This document shows, in pieces, positions 30,452-40,890 of a DNA stretch of 64,000 nt; position 1 is the first letter of the stretch, and each line of letters begins with the position of its first letter. Source of the DNA: a virus. The position numbers were made by a program, and so were the translations under genes. The notes beneath the pieces are model-generated. The model saw only the letters and a list, made by a program, of their open reading frames with translations. It had not been told where the DNA came from and did not search any database. The stretch covers positions 6,779 through 70,778 of the IMG/VR virus record IMGVR_UViG_3300045118_000047. One strand, 5' to 3'.

Positions 30452-33393
30452 CACACTACAAGGTCAAACCATTCAAGTTGCGGAACGACCCAAAGGTCCA
30501 GTGGGCGGATTACTACGAAGACGGGATGTTCTTCGTGGAACGCTTCATTATGGTCCCTGTCGGCCAAATCCGCTTCAACAAGTGGAATCAGGGTCGGTAT
30601 GACTTCTACATGGATGCGTTCAAGAATGGTCGTCCGGCTGACCCCGTCCGTCTAGCGAGACCGTGGCAGGGTGGGGACCACTATGAAGTCTCCGATGGAA
30701 ATCACCGGGTAGCGGCGTCGATTGATATGGGGTACACGCATGTACCGGCTATCGTGTCGGTCAAGGTGGAAGGACAGTTTCCCAAGGGCACACCGCCGAA
30801 AGACCTGTACGAAGAAGTGCATGGTCGGGAGTTGTTGATGCTGATTGAGTTTTTCCGGGCGCACAGACCGAGCGGGTCCAAGCTGTACTTTGAATGGGGC
30901 GGGGTAGAGCCAGCAGGGTATTGGATGAAGGCGTCCGACGAAAGCGAGAGCACTTTCGATCCATACGAACAGAAGTTGACTGTTGGGATCAGTGGTCAGG
31001 ACAGGATGGCGGAGATGCCGTGGCGTGAAGGCCGGTTTTCCTATCGCGGGAATCTGGATGGGCTAAAGAGAGCCTTCTTGGGATTCATGGGAAGAACTGT
31101 AGTTGCGGGAGAAGGTGGTTTGGCTCTCAGGATTGCCACACGTCCAATACGGATCGATAGAAATGAATTGGAAACGTGCGCGGACAGGATCGTCCGGGAG
31201 TTCCAAAGGGGGTATTGGGTCCATCACGATCAAGAGCCTATTGGTGGGGCTTTTGCTTATGTGGACAGTGTGATGGTCGAAGATGTTGATGGTCAACGTC
31301 TGGATGTTCAGGTTCAGGTAACGTCTGCCAGAACTTCGGGGATAGATACCGTGATCGGGGGCGGTTCCGGGAGAACACAAAAGACCAAGAGACCGGCAGT
31401 GTTGCTCGTTCTGAATGGGAACTATTCTCCATCTGTCTTTACCACTTCTGGCTCCAGATTCCGGGCCAGAAGAGACATTGTCAAGGTGTTATCACATGAG
31501 CTGACTCACCAGATGGATGTCCACACGAAATCCGTCATGCCGACCTATAATCGGGTCCTTACGGAAGAAGAGATCGATGTCCAGCGGTATTACAACAGCC
31601 CAGCAGAGCTACATGCGTACATGCGCGAAGTGTTTGAAGACATCCGGGGCTACCTGTCGCCATTCCTGAAGCACCTGAGTATCAATGAAGCGATCAGCCG
31701 GGCTATTAAGTACAGCGAGACGTGGAGAGAAAGAATCGCTCCCCACATGACGGAGCAGAACCGGCATCTCATCTTGAAGGGCGTGTATCAGGCAGTGCAG
31801 GATTATCTTAGTCAGCCGGAAGCCTTGGCCGCTTCAGAGCGGTGTGATCGGATTGCATCAAGGATCGCCGTGGTGGAAGGGGTCGCAAGGGAGTATGTGG
31901 CCTACAAGCAGGGGGTCGCAAGGGAGTATGTGGCCTACAAGCAGTCGTTGGACACGGAGCGTATCCAGAAGTTTCGCCGGGACTTCTTGACCTTGATGAG
32001 CAACGAGAGCCGGGTTGGAGACTATCGCACGGCAATAGCGTGGCGTGACGCCATAGCAAGGTGGAACCGGGACTTCGATGACTACCTTTACAAGTACCTG
32101 CTGCATGACTTCAAAAATCTTGTCTACAACAAGAAGGTGCCGGAGCGTGATGGGAAGTATTGGGACAAGCTCATCCGGGACATCACGTGGCCATTCGTGA
32201 TCGAGTTCTCTGTTCCGATCAGCAGTGCTGACGACTACTATTCCGAAGAGTCCCGATTTGCTCAGTTTCAAGACAAGCTATCCAAGTGGAGTGTGCGGGT
32301 ACGTCGAAAGGCTCAAACCACATGGAGAGTGTTGCAGAACTTCTCTGACTGGTATGCTAGAGATGTCGAGTCTGGCACGGTTCCAGTGGTTGACGTTCCG
32401 GCCCCGGAGAAGATCGAAATGGAAGGGTTCGCCGTTACGCTTCTAGGTCACGACAGCGTCAAAGACATTGAGCGGTACGTCAGGGATTTCCGGGCGGGTT
32501 TGCGGGCGTACAAGGCGCGGGCCAACAAGGTTTACCCGTGGCTGATCCACAATCAGTTGCCGATTCTAATGGACTTCAAAGGCGAAATCGGGACGGGCGG
32601 AGAATATAAGGGCAACTACATCTGGTTCAATGGCTATTCTGCCAGCTTCGATAGTGTGGTTCACATCATGGCTCACGAGATGAGCCATCATCGCTATAAG
32701 ACCTTTGGAAGCGGAGAGCGGGATTTCTGGTCGAGAATGATTCGGGGAGATTTGGGGAAACTGGATTTGCGGCAGGTGGTTTCCCAGTTCCCGGATGAGA
32801 CATGGATATTCGACAGCAAGGCGATCAAGGCAAAGGACCCTTTGTTGTACTACCAACTGGACGGGCTAAGATACGAGAGGGATGTTTCCGGTGATGTGAA
32901 TCGGATTTCAACAGTCGGGGACATCAAGGCATACTTGGAAAAGGGCGGCAATCCGGTGGTGACAATCCATCGCCATCCGATTAGTGGGTATGCTTCCAAG
33001 AATGAAGAAGAAGCCTTCTGCGAAGCCCTGAGTAGGTTGGTTGCCTTTGGACCTAACAGCGTGCCGGATGTGGTTCTGGACTGGCTGCGGATCATTATGC
33101 CGTCGTCTCGCACGGCAGCGATGACGCTCAAGCTGTCTCCCAAGGGAACGGGGGACATCAATGGAGCTTGGAAAGAACTTCTGTCGAAGATGCACCATCT
33201 TGATGGTTCGTTTTTCGCGATGAGTTTCACGGAAGGAGTGGTCACTCTGGAAATCAAGACGTGGGAAGGGGCGATCCATCTTGCGTTTATTGGCGTCCCA
33301 GAGCAGTATCGTGGAAAAGGGCTGGCAAGCAAAGCTCTCCGGGTCGTTACCAGAATTGCGGATAAGTATGGCGTCAAGACGAACTTGCACTAA
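30448..33393 (+). CDS. multidomain protein: ParB/Srx-like, two HExxH modules, truncated GNAT
   Basis: DGNHRVAA..G...VP; SHELTH; AHEMSH...EEAFCE; VPEQYRGKGLAS (acetyl-CoA motif A). Confidence 0.7.
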   Translation: MTHYKVKPFKLRNDPKVQWADYYEDGMFFVERFIMVPVGQIRFNKWNQGRYDFYMDAFKNGRPADPVRLARPWQGGDHYEVSDGNHRVAASIDMGYTHVPAIVSVKVEGQFPKGTPPKDLYEEVHGRELLMLIEFFRAHRPSGSKLYFEWGGVEPAGYWMKASDESESTFDPYEQKLTVGISGQDRMAEMPWREGRFSYRGNLDGLKRAFLGFMGRTVVAGEGGLALRIATRPIRIDRNELETCADRIVREFQRGYWVHHDQEPIGGAFAYVDSVMVEDVDGQRLDVQVQVTSARTSGIDTVIGGGSGRTQKTKRPAVLLVLNGNYSPSVFTTSGSRFRARRDIVKVLSHELTHQMDVHTKSVMPTYNRVLTEEEIDVQRYYNSPAELHAYMREVFEDIRGYLSPFLKHLSINEAISRAIKYSETWRERIAPHMTEQNRHLILKGVYQAVQDYLSQPEALAASERCDRIASRIAVVEGVAREYVAYKQGVAREYVAYKQSLDTERIQKFRRDFLTLMSNESRVGDYRTAIAWRDAIARWNRDFDDYLYKYLLHDFKNLVYNKKVPERDGKYWDKLIRDITWPFVIEFSVPISSADDYYSEESRFAQFQDKLSKWSVRVRRKAQTTWRVLQNFSDWYARDVESGTVPVVDVPAPEKIEMEGFAVTLLGHDSVKDIERYVRDFRAGLRAYKARANKVYPWLIHNQLPILMDFKGEIGTGGEYKGNYIWFNGYSASFDSVVHIMAHEMSHHRYKTFGSGERDFWSRMIRGDLGKLDLRQVVSQFPDETWIFDSKAIKAKDPLLYYQLDGLRYERDVSGDVNRISTVGDIKAYLEKGGNPVVTIHRHPISGYASKNEEEAFCEALSRLVAFGPNSVPDVVLDWLRIIMPSSRTAAMTLKLSPKGTGDINGAWKELLSKMHHLDGSFFAMSFTEGVVTLEIKTWEGAIHLAFIGVPEQYRGKGLASKALRVVTRIADKYGVKTNLH

Positions 33394-33541
33394 GAAGCAG
33401 TTGTTCGACTGGTATTCCCGCCACGGCTTCAGGCGGCTTCCCTATGCTATGCAGCAGAAACTACTATCGGATTCGATGGAACGCGATCCAGTGAAGTAAA
33501 GAACTTCACGCGGGGAGTATAATGAGTATGAAAGGAGAAGT

Positions 33542-33796
33542 ATGAGCAAAGCGTATTTTGTCGCCGAACAGTATGAACCACCCTTGCTTCCACCCGGTCG
33601 GAAATGGATTGTCTTGCGTCTGTCTATGGGGATTCTTGGAAAAGATCGCTGTGAGAAAGGAATCCCGGCCAGTATGAAGAAGGTCGTCGTTCCGCCCTTC
33701 CTGATGGTTGCCACGGATCGGCAAGCGGCCAAGGACGAGATCATGGCCAAGCTGGATGCGATGTTTGACGCATGGGAAGCGAGCCAGCCATGTTGA
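33542..33796 (+). CDS. hypothetical protein
   Basis: RBS AGGAG; TATAAT upstream. Confidence 0.55.
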   Translation: MSKAYFVAEQYEPPLLPPGRKWIVLRLSMGILGKDRCEKGIPASMKKVVVPPFLMVATDRQAAKDEIMAKLDAMFDAWEASQPC

Positions 33797-34602
33797 TCGT
33801 CATAGCAGTCTGGGATACGTTGGAAAACCAGCGCACGTGGATGACTCGTGAAACGCTCATTTCACTGATGAACCGGGTTGACTGGCGACGGCATCGGCTC
33901 ATCATCTCCGATAATGGTTCGTGTCAGGCCACACAGGATCAATACGCGGAGTTCGCCAAGTCGTTTCCCTTTCGTGTGATCCAGAATGGTGAGAATATCG
34001 GAACAGCGCGAGCCGTGAATCGTGGGTGGAGCTACCGTAGTCCCGGCGAGCATGTTGTGAAGATGGACAACGACGTAGTGATTCATCAGAGCGGATGGGC
34101 AGATCAGATCGAAGAAGTGTTTCAGCGAGACCCGGTTATTGGCATTTGCGGTCTCAAACGAAAAGACCTGATCGAGTGCCCAGATCATCCCGAACCCGGT
34201 TGGCGGTCGCGGCTCAGGATGCTTCCACATAAGCCCGGAGAGCGTTGGATCATTGTTGAAGAGTGCGGGCATATCATGGGGACTTGTCAGGCGTATAGCA
34301 GCGCCTTAATAGACAAGATCGGCTATCTCTATCAGGGTGACTGGAAATATGGATTCGATGACTCTCTTGCGGGCGTGCGGGCGAATGTGGCCGGGTTCAG
34401 GCTAGTGTTCCTACCGCATATCGAGATAGACCACATCGATCCCGGTGGAAACGATTACACATCTCAAAAACAGAAGGACGCAGGAGTTGTAATGGGGAAG
34501 TGTGTTGAGTTGATGCGCGAGTATCGCTCCGGTCAACGATCTCCATACCATGATGGCGGGGAAGATGCGAAGTGGTCTCAACAACACCCGGAGAAAACAT
34601 GA
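33790..34602 (+). CDS. family 2 glycosyltransferase
   Basis: IISDNGS, NIGTARAVNRG, KMDND (DxD), YGFDD. Confidence 0.85.
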   Translation: MLIVIAVWDTLENQRTWMTRETLISLMNRVDWRRHRLIISDNGSCQATQDQYAEFAKSFPFRVIQNGENIGTARAVNRGWSYRSPGEHVVKMDNDVVIHQSGWADQIEEVFQRDPVIGICGLKRKDLIECPDHPEPGWRSRLRMLPHKPGERWIIVEECGHIMGTCQAYSSALIDKIGYLYQGDWKYGFDDSLAGVRANVAGFRLVFLPHIEIDHIDPGGNDYTSQKQKDAGVVMGKCVELMREYRSGQRSPYHDGGEDAKWSQQHPEKT

Positions 34603-35105
34603 AGTTGGACATCGGAAGCGGGGCACATTACAAGACACCGCTGGACGAGTGGACCCATCTCGATTTGAGTAGGGGGGATCATACCGAGATCGTGGCTGAC
34701 TTCGGTAGTATCCCATTGGCAGATGGTTCGGTGGAGCAGATACATATCGGAGACGTGATCGAGCACGTTCCGGGATGGCGGCACGATGAAGTGCTCAGGG
34801 AATGGAATCGCGTGCTTCAGATAGGCGGCATCGTCACGGGTTCGACTCCTAATATAGATCGTATCATGCGGGCGTATGCAAGGGGTGAGCCGGGTATGAC
34901 TCTTCGTGACGCGATGCTTGGTCTGTATGGTTGGGCAGATCATCCGCAGCAGCAGCACTACTATACGTTCACAAAAGACACCTTGAAGGAGTTGATGGCA
35001 AAGCATGGTTTTGACATCAATGATTTCAGCGGCAGTCCCGGAGCGCCTGCCGAGCCTTGGTGGTTGGTGTTTGCCGGAAGAAAGGTTCGCGATGACCGAG
35101 CTTAG
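34599..35105 (+). CDS. class I SAM-dependent methyltransferase
   Basis: KLDIGSG, DVIEHV, EWNRVL..GG..TP. Confidence 0.85.
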   Translation: MKLDIGSGAHYKTPLDEWTHLDLSRGDHTEIVADFGSIPLADGSVEQIHIGDVIEHVPGWRHDEVLREWNRVLQIGGIVTGSTPNIDRIMRAYARGEPGMTLRDAMLGLYGWADHPQQQHYYTFTKDTLKELMAKHGFDINDFSGSPGAPAEPWWLVFAGRKVRDDRA

Positions 35106-36009
35106 TTTGTGTCTGGCTGTTTGGAATACGTCTCATCTTCTCAAGCGCAGCATTGAGACTTACATCGCTCAAGACCTAGACCCGTCACGGTGGGAGTTGA
35201 TTGTTATCGATGACAATTCTCTCGACGATGTTCGGGGAGCCATTGCTGGGGCGGATAAGCATATCAACATCCGTTACGTTCGGCTGGAACACGGCGACGG
35301 GATGCGGGGGAATACGGTCTCGTTCAACACGGCGTTTGGAATGGCGAAAGGCCATGTCTTAGCGGAGACGACACCGGAGACAATGTTGCCGCGTGATCTG
35401 TTGCGACGTTTGCTGGAGCCGCACCAGTCCAATCCACGATGCTTCGTGGCGATGAAGACGTACAACCTGACGGTCGACGGCCAGATTTCCATTGATACGG
35501 TTGATTGGAGATCGGATTTGATGAACATGCGATCTTTGCCGGAATGGGGTTCGACATGGACGCAGAACAACGTCAAGACGGTTCATTTTGGGACTCACCA
35601 AACATGCAGCATCCGAAGGGAAGTGTGGTTTGAGATCACAAAAGGACGTGGCTTTCCTTTGTTCGGAGACTATGGAAGCGATGATCCTTGGTATGCCGGA
35701 ACTAGAAGTAGTTGCGGCGTTCAAGACATCACCCTTCCGAATGATTGCATGGGGGTTCATCAGTGGCATCCGTCGTTCCAGTATTGGATGGCCAAAGGAC
35801 ATGCGCCGAAGCTGAATAAGTGGGCGCACAGCATGTCGAATTACCTGAACGATACGTCCGGGAATGTTCCAGATGGCGGAACCTGTATGATCTGGGATGG
35901 GGGGTCACACGATCAAATGTCCCAAGCCGATAAGGATTCTTTCAGGCCAATGGATGCTCAAATGGTCGCTGTTGGCGTAAGTCCTAACATGTTGATTACC
36001 AAGTCGTAA
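35092..36009 (+). CDS. family 2 glycosyltransferase
   Basis: WELIVIDDNSLD, GGF-like GRGF, YGSDD, HQWH. Confidence 0.8.
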   Translation: MTELSLCLAVWNTSHLLKRSIETYIAQDLDPSRWELIVIDDNSLDDVRGAIAGADKHINIRYVRLEHGDGMRGNTVSFNTAFGMAKGHVLAETTPETMLPRDLLRRLLEPHQSNPRCFVAMKTYNLTVDGQISIDTVDWRSDLMNMRSLPEWGSTWTQNNVKTVHFGTHQTCSIRREVWFEITKGRGFPLFGDYGSDDPWYAGTRSSCGVQDITLPNDCMGVHQWHPSFQYWMAKGHAPKLNKWAHSMSNYLNDTSGNVPDGGTCMIWDGGSHDQMSQADKDSFRPMDAQMVAVGVSPNMLITKS

Positions 36010-36018
36010 TGCTTTTCT

Positions 36019-36045
36019 CCATATCCTGAACGCTTTCCAGTAATG
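36019..36045 (+). promoter_or_regulatory. CCATAT-N15-GTAATG promoter
   Basis: Exact motif upstream of the 36075 operon. Confidence 0.75.
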
Positions 36046-36074
36046 TACTTCTGGAGAGCGAAAGGAGACCGAAA

Positions 36075-36653
36075 ATGAGCATCACGATGATGGTCGGGAA
36101 GGAAAAGGCAGGACTTCCGGGGGTCAAAGAGATCAGCTATCCCGGATGCAAAGAACCGCTGTACATGGAGACGACGCACGTCGGTCTGGTCCTTCGTACC
36201 GGAGAAGTCAATGGGTACGATGACAGCGATTTCTACGCGGTCGTATGGAATCCCGTCAGGAAGTGCCCGGAGCGTATCGAGTACGCCACGACTCGTGCGT
36301 GGACCTATCCCAATCACGCGGAAGCGGACGCGACCCCGGAAGTTCGTGCGGCTTACGAAGAGTGGTGCCGGATTGAGAAGGAGAAGGCGGCGGCTGCCAA
36401 GGCCGAGCTTGACGCTAAGACTCCGGCTAAGGGTAAGCTGGTCAAGGTTGTGGCTGGCCGCAAGGTCGCCATCGGAACGGTCGGGCGTATCTTCTGGGTC
36501 GGCAAGCCTGAGAAGTACAGCCCTTCCCGGTGGGCGAAGACCAGCACCAAGATCGGTATCGCTCTGGATGATGCCAAGGATGATCGCGGTCGCTACGTGA
36601 ACGTGGCGTGGACTTACATCGACAACGTGGAAGCAGTTCCCGAAGTTGCCTGA
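36075..36653 (+). CDS. hypothetical phage protein (NGYDDSDFYAVVW, KOW-like C-terminus)
   Basis: RBS AGGAG. Confidence 0.7.
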   Translation: MSITMMVGKEKAGLPGVKEISYPGCKEPLYMETTHVGLVLRTGEVNGYDDSDFYAVVWNPVRKCPERIEYATTRAWTYPNHAEADATPEVRAAYEEWCRIEKEKAAAAKAELDAKTPAKGKLVKVVAGRKVAIGTVGRIFWVGKPEKYSPSRWAKTSTKIGIALDDAKDDRGRYVNVAWTYIDNVEAVPEVA

Positions 36654-36664
36654 AAGGATTGGCC

Positions 36665-37063
36665 ATGAGCAATGTGAAAGAGATTCGGATTCAGGGTTAT
36701 TTGGACACGCTGGGGTTGATGACGGCTCCGAGTTTGGGCCGTTCTCCGCTGACGGATTTTGCCGTGGAAGAGCTGGTTAAGGGGCACAACATTCCGGTAG
36801 AGAAGGTCCCGGAAGCTGTCGAAGCCGCGCACCGCGTGAATGCCTTTCTTGCGGCCAGCACGTTTCCCCATTTCGGTTTGAAGATTCGTTTTCTTTATCC
36901 TTACCGAACGGAGAAAAACGGATACAACGGCCAGATCAGCTATTACGGCTATGACATTGAAGGACGGGAAGCCGTTTCTTTTGAGTGGTTCGACGCATTG
37001 GTAGCGGCCTTGCAGGTCTTCGGGCGGGTCAATATGCGGGCTTGTAGGGACATCGAAGCGTGA
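36665..37063 (+). CDS. hypothetical protein
   Basis: RBS AGGA, contiguous operon. Confidence 0.6.
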   Translation: MSNVKEIRIQGYLDTLGLMTAPSLGRSPLTDFAVEELVKGHNIPVEKVPEAVEAAHRVNAFLAASTFPHFGLKIRFLYPYRTEKNGYNGQISYYGYDIEGREAVSFEWFDALVAALQVFGRVNMRACRDIEA

Positions 37064-37716
37064 AGACCTTATTGACGGTGGATTGGGATGCCTTCGTCCC
37101 TGAGAAGACCGAATGGGATTTGGGACATTGGGAGTCCTTGTTATACTTAAAGTTCCTGTGGATGTCCCGGATGTGGCTGTACGATCAAATCAAGACCAGT
37201 GGAAAAGAGAAGGACTTCTGGAAGAAGGTCCCGCCGGGAAGTGGCGTGACGTGGGTTTCCGATTCTCATTTGTTTGCCTTCCATCTTTCGCATGGAGTAA
37301 ATCGGATCGTGCTAGTTGACGGCCATCACGATTGTTGGCCCCCGTCAAGCAGCAAGAAGCTCATTGAGTGCCACAATTGGCTGAGAGCATGGCTTCAATC
37401 CGGGAAGAAAAGAATGGTAACATGGGTTCGTCCAGATTGGTCTGCCGGTGTCATGGAAGTTCCAGATGATCTGAAAGACCGGTTTGAGATCGTGGGTTTA
37501 GACGACAAGCTGGAGCTAGGAGATGTTTGGAATGTCCATGTGTGTCGGAGTGGATGCTGGACTCCGCCTTGGCTGGATAAGGCGTTTATTGATTTTGTAG
37601 GATGCCGTGGTTATCCTGTCGCTCGACTTCAGAGCGGAGACTGGGACCCAATGAAGCCAAGGTGGAACGCCAAGGCGGAACGACAAGCGTTGTTGTTCCG
37701 GGACAAGATCAAATGA
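37060..37716 (+). CDS. UPF0489 / arginase-deacetylase-fold-like protein
   Basis: LTVDWDAF, DSH, VDGHHD, CHNW, RSGCWTPP motifs. Confidence 0.55.
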   Translation: MKTLLTVDWDAFVPEKTEWDLGHWESLLYLKFLWMSRMWLYDQIKTSGKEKDFWKKVPPGSGVTWVSDSHLFAFHLSHGVNRIVLVDGHHDCWPPSSSKKLIECHNWLRAWLQSGKKRMVTWVRPDWSAGVMEVPDDLKDRFEIVGLDDKLELGDVWNVHVCRSGCWTPPWLDKAFIDFVGCRGYPVARLQSGDWDPMKPRWNAKAERQALLFRDKIK

Positions 37717-37723
37717 GGGAATT

Positions 37724-38419
37724 GTGTACTTCGACATGCAATTGACCATCGTGGTCACAAACGCTTGCGACCGGAGATGTGAGTTGTGTGTGGCTCAATG
37801 GCTGCGACGGGACGAACCCCGTTACATGATGACGCTGGATCAGATCGCTGATTTTGTCGTGTGTACCAAGCAGTCGGATTATCGGTTCCGTTACGTTACC
37901 GTGACAGGCGGAGAGCCGACGTTGTGGCCGTATTTGCAAGATGCCGCCACTATGCTGGGACTGGCTCGGATTGCCGACTGTCTGTTGTTATACTCGAACG
38001 GACACAACCCCAAAGCGTTTACCCCCGAACTGATGAAGTTGTTTTCGGCGGCGAAGCTGTCGGGATACCCGGACGAGCACTATGCCGAAATCTTGGCGCG
38101 GTATCCAGACAAGGTATCGATCTATCCGATCCCAGAACATGTTGTTCCGCCTACGGAGCCGGTTGCGAATTCATTACCGGCGCAGTGTTTGTGTTTTGGA
38201 CCGGCATATTATGACGGCAGGGTGTATCCATGTCTGGGCGGATTTCTGGACGATCATCGGATGGGTCGTAGAACGCCGGGCAAACCGATCTGTCGGGGAT
38301 ACATGGATGATTTCGATCCGGGCAAAGTTGTCATGCAGGAGACTTGTCGGTACTGTGTGACCAACCTGCCGGTGTGGACGGCATCGCCAAAGAAACCAGT
38401 GACCAACAACAGGAGATGA
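37724..38419 (+). CDS. radical SAM protein
   Basis: TNACDRRCELC, TGGEPTL, SNG, C-terminal Cys cluster. Confidence 0.85.
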   Translation: MYFDMQLTIVVTNACDRRCELCVAQWLRRDEPRYMMTLDQIADFVVCTKQSDYRFRYVTVTGGEPTLWPYLQDAATMLGLARIADCLLLYSNGHNPKAFTPELMKLFSAAKLSGYPDEHYAEILARYPDKVSIYPIPEHVVPPTEPVANSLPAQCLCFGPAYYDGRVYPCLGGFLDDHRMGRRTPGKPICRGYMDDFDPGKVVMQETCRYCVTNLPVWTASPKKPVTNNRR

Positions 38420-38420
38420 C

Positions 38421-39131
38421 ATGTACTTTCCGTTCAATATGAACGTCATTGTGACGGGAGAATGCAATCGCAGGTGCGAGCATTGCTGTATCCATGTGAT
38501 TCGAGAGCAGAACAGCGGGCACATGATGACGATGGACCATGTGGAAAAACTAATCAGGGCCACTTTGGACTCACACTACCGATTCAAGACTTTGCTGGTG
38601 ACTGGCGGAGAACCGGTATTGTGGCCTTTATTGACGGACGCATCGAAGCTGCTGAGAGAATCGAATCTTGCCGACAAGATGATGCTGTTCTCCAACGGCG
38701 ACATCGTACCGGCCTTTACTCCGAAGCTCATGGACCTGTATGACATCGTAGCGTTGTCTGTGTATCCTGACTCGGATCACCGGATATTGTCCCAGAAGTA
38801 TCCGGGAAAGATTCAGTATTGCATGGCGCTAGAGCATTTCCCGTTGCCGACCGAAGCCGTGCCGGGGTGTCTTCCAGCTCAGTGCAACTGTTTTGGACCA
38901 GTGGTCTATAACGGACTTGTCTGGGAATGTTTTGCCTATCTGGTTGCCATGCGGCTGGGGAAAACACACACAGGGCGAGAGATTTCCGTCGGGTATATGG
39001 ATGGATTCGATCCCCAACGTATCATTCGTAACGAGTTGTGCCAATGGTGTCTGACGAATCAAAAGGCGATCATCGGTTTGCCACGGTGTCAGCCGGTAAA
39101 CCTGCGGAAAAGGTCCATATCAAAGTCGTGA
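38421..39131 (+). CDS. radical SAM protein (paralog of the upstream gene)
   Basis: TGECNRRCEHC, TGGEPVL, LPAQC.CFGP, GYMD.FDP. Confidence 0.85.
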   Translation: MYFPFNMNVIVTGECNRRCEHCCIHVIREQNSGHMMTMDHVEKLIRATLDSHYRFKTLLVTGGEPVLWPLLTDASKLLRESNLADKMMLFSNGDIVPAFTPKLMDLYDIVALSVYPDSDHRILSQKYPGKIQYCMALEHFPLPTEAVPGCLPAQCNCFGPVVYNGLVWECFAYLVAMRLGKTHTGREISVGYMDGFDPQRIIRNELCQWCLTNQKAIIGLPRCQPVNLRKRSISKS

Positions 39132-39141
39132 TCTTGTAATG
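39115..39141 (+). promoter_or_regulatory. CCATAT-N15-GTAATG promoter
   Basis: Exact motif. Confidence 0.7.
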
Positions 39142-39162
39142 CAGAAGAAAGAAGGGGGAGAT

Positions 39163-39786
39163 ATGAGAGTAGCGGCATTGGCAGAGCTGATTCGGTCTGG
39201 AAAGAAGCCGGTGGTTAGGCTGACGGACCCACCGTGGGAAGACTCATGGGGCGAGAAGGGTATGATCGCCGAAGTGGTTTCCGTCCGGGATTCTGACGTG
39301 GATGAAGGTCTGGTCGAGTTCGTGTTCGATTACAACCGCTTTCGTGCCGATAATCTTCTGCTCCAGTCCCACCAGTATTTCATCTACAAGGATGGGGCGG
39401 AGAAAGGCATGGGAACAGCTTTTGAAGCCGGGATGATGGACGAGAAAGACATCAAGGAAGAGTACGTCGCCGATCTCAAGGACAACATCAACGTGGAGTT
39501 GGTCGCAGAGACCGGGCTGTTGGCAGAGTATGTTTCGTCCGGTTCGGTGATTCCCTATGCGGAGTGGCTGGAGCACAGAGTGAATGCGCTGCTGAACGAA
39601 AAGGAAGCATTGCAGCGGGAAAAGGACAAGCTCTTGCGGGAGATTCACGGATCGCCCAAGCCCCGGAGACAGGATACGTGGCTGGAACAGATCAGGGTCT
39701 TGATTCCACTGGCGAATCGGGAAGGGTGTTGCGACGCGGCAGACTATCTCAAACAGTTGGTAGAAGCGGGAGTAAGAAGGTCGTGA
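39163..39786 (+). CDS. hypothetical protein
   Basis: RBS GGGGAG. Confidence 0.65.
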   Translation: MRVAALAELIRSGKKPVVRLTDPPWEDSWGEKGMIAEVVSVRDSDVDEGLVEFVFDYNRFRADNLLLQSHQYFIYKDGAEKGMGTAFEAGMMDEKDIKEEYVADLKDNINVELVAETGLLAEYVSSGSVIPYAEWLEHRVNALLNEKEALQREKDKLLREIHGSPKPRRQDTWLEQIRVLIPLANREGCCDAADYLKQLVEAGVRRS

Positions 39787-39967
39787 AGAAGCCAGTGAAA
39801 TGCGGATGTGATTTCGTGCGTGGCCCGGATTGGAACCCAGTCGTTCGGACACGATTAGGGGCAGCCGCGATGGGTATGCGCACGATGCCGGAAGACCTGC
39901 GCCGACTGGGGTTTGGCGTGTCGGTCTGCGACTGTGGTGATTACTTCCGAATCAGCTATGGGAGAAA

Positions 39968-40379
39968 ATGCTGATGAATCACCCAGCAGATGTGGCCAAA
40001 GCTGCCGAAGCGGAACTTCGCAAACTGTTTCCGGGAAGTGATTTTTCCGAAGAAGACGGCTTTAGCGACATCATCAATGCGGATGGCACAGTCAGCCCGC
40101 ACAACTTCAAGCCGGTTTGGGAGTACAAGTACGTCCGCTTTGCTGACGGCGAAGTGCGGTTCTGTGATGCCTGTAGTACGTCTCATTCTCATGGGAGACC
40201 CGCTGGGTGGTCAGGTTGTGCCCCCGGTATCGGCTGGCAAGATCAAAGTCCGGTATGGCAAATGGGCGATCACCGAAGGCGGAAGTACGACGGCCAAGCT
40301 CCAGCGGCGAGAGAGCGATGAGAAGTACATCACCAAGGCGCTGGGTCCGAAGTTCACCTACGACATCGAAGTCTTGTAA
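39968..40379 (+). pseudogene. hypothetical gene apparently frameshifted near 40190
   Basis: Two overlapping frames; protein-like sequence appears to pass from one to the other. Confidence 0.4.
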
Positions 40380-40388
40380 TGGATTGGT

Positions 40389-40637
40389 ATGAAAGTGCGA
40401 AAGCTCAAGGCGGGGTCTAAGATCGAAGTCGGCGACTTCATCCTTCACGACTCATGGATGGGAAAGAAGTGGTATAAGATCGTCCGGGTCACTGAGAAGT
40501 TTGCTGTCGTCGCGTGGAATGACGTTGGACGGGGACGGTTCCCAAGGGTGGTTCCTGAGATCGGCCTGAAGCCCTGTGGGGAGCGGAATGTCTGGGCTAG
40601 AGTGGAGTATTCGGCTTGGCGTCCGCTGGAGCCATGA
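40389..40637 (+). CDS. small SH3-like hypothetical protein
   Basis: IEVGD...YKIVRVTEK. Confidence 0.6.
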   Translation: MKVRKLKAGSKIEVGDFILHDSWMGKKWYKIVRVTEKFAVVAWNDVGRGRFPRVVPEIGLKPCGERNVWARVEYSAWRPLEP

Positions 40638-40890
40638 AGATTCCCGTAACATACGTGATCGTGCCGGAGACCCGGATGCGGGTGATTCGGGTGGATTTCC
40701 ACCCTTCCAATAAGCGCAAGCTCGTACAGGACGTGCGGCACAAGAAGGTGGTTGGTCGGGAAATCTATCCCGGCCAGATAAACCGGCGGGTCCTGTGGAG
40801 CAAGGCCAGAGTTCAACGGCATTTTGTCCGGGTGTAGTCTTCACAATTCTTTGATATTCCATCCATAGTAGGAAGGTTATCGGAGAATCT

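Noticed and set aside
40355-40381. Additional CCATAT-N15-GTAATG promoter
   Set aside because: GTAATG is present but the upstream hexamer is CACCTA
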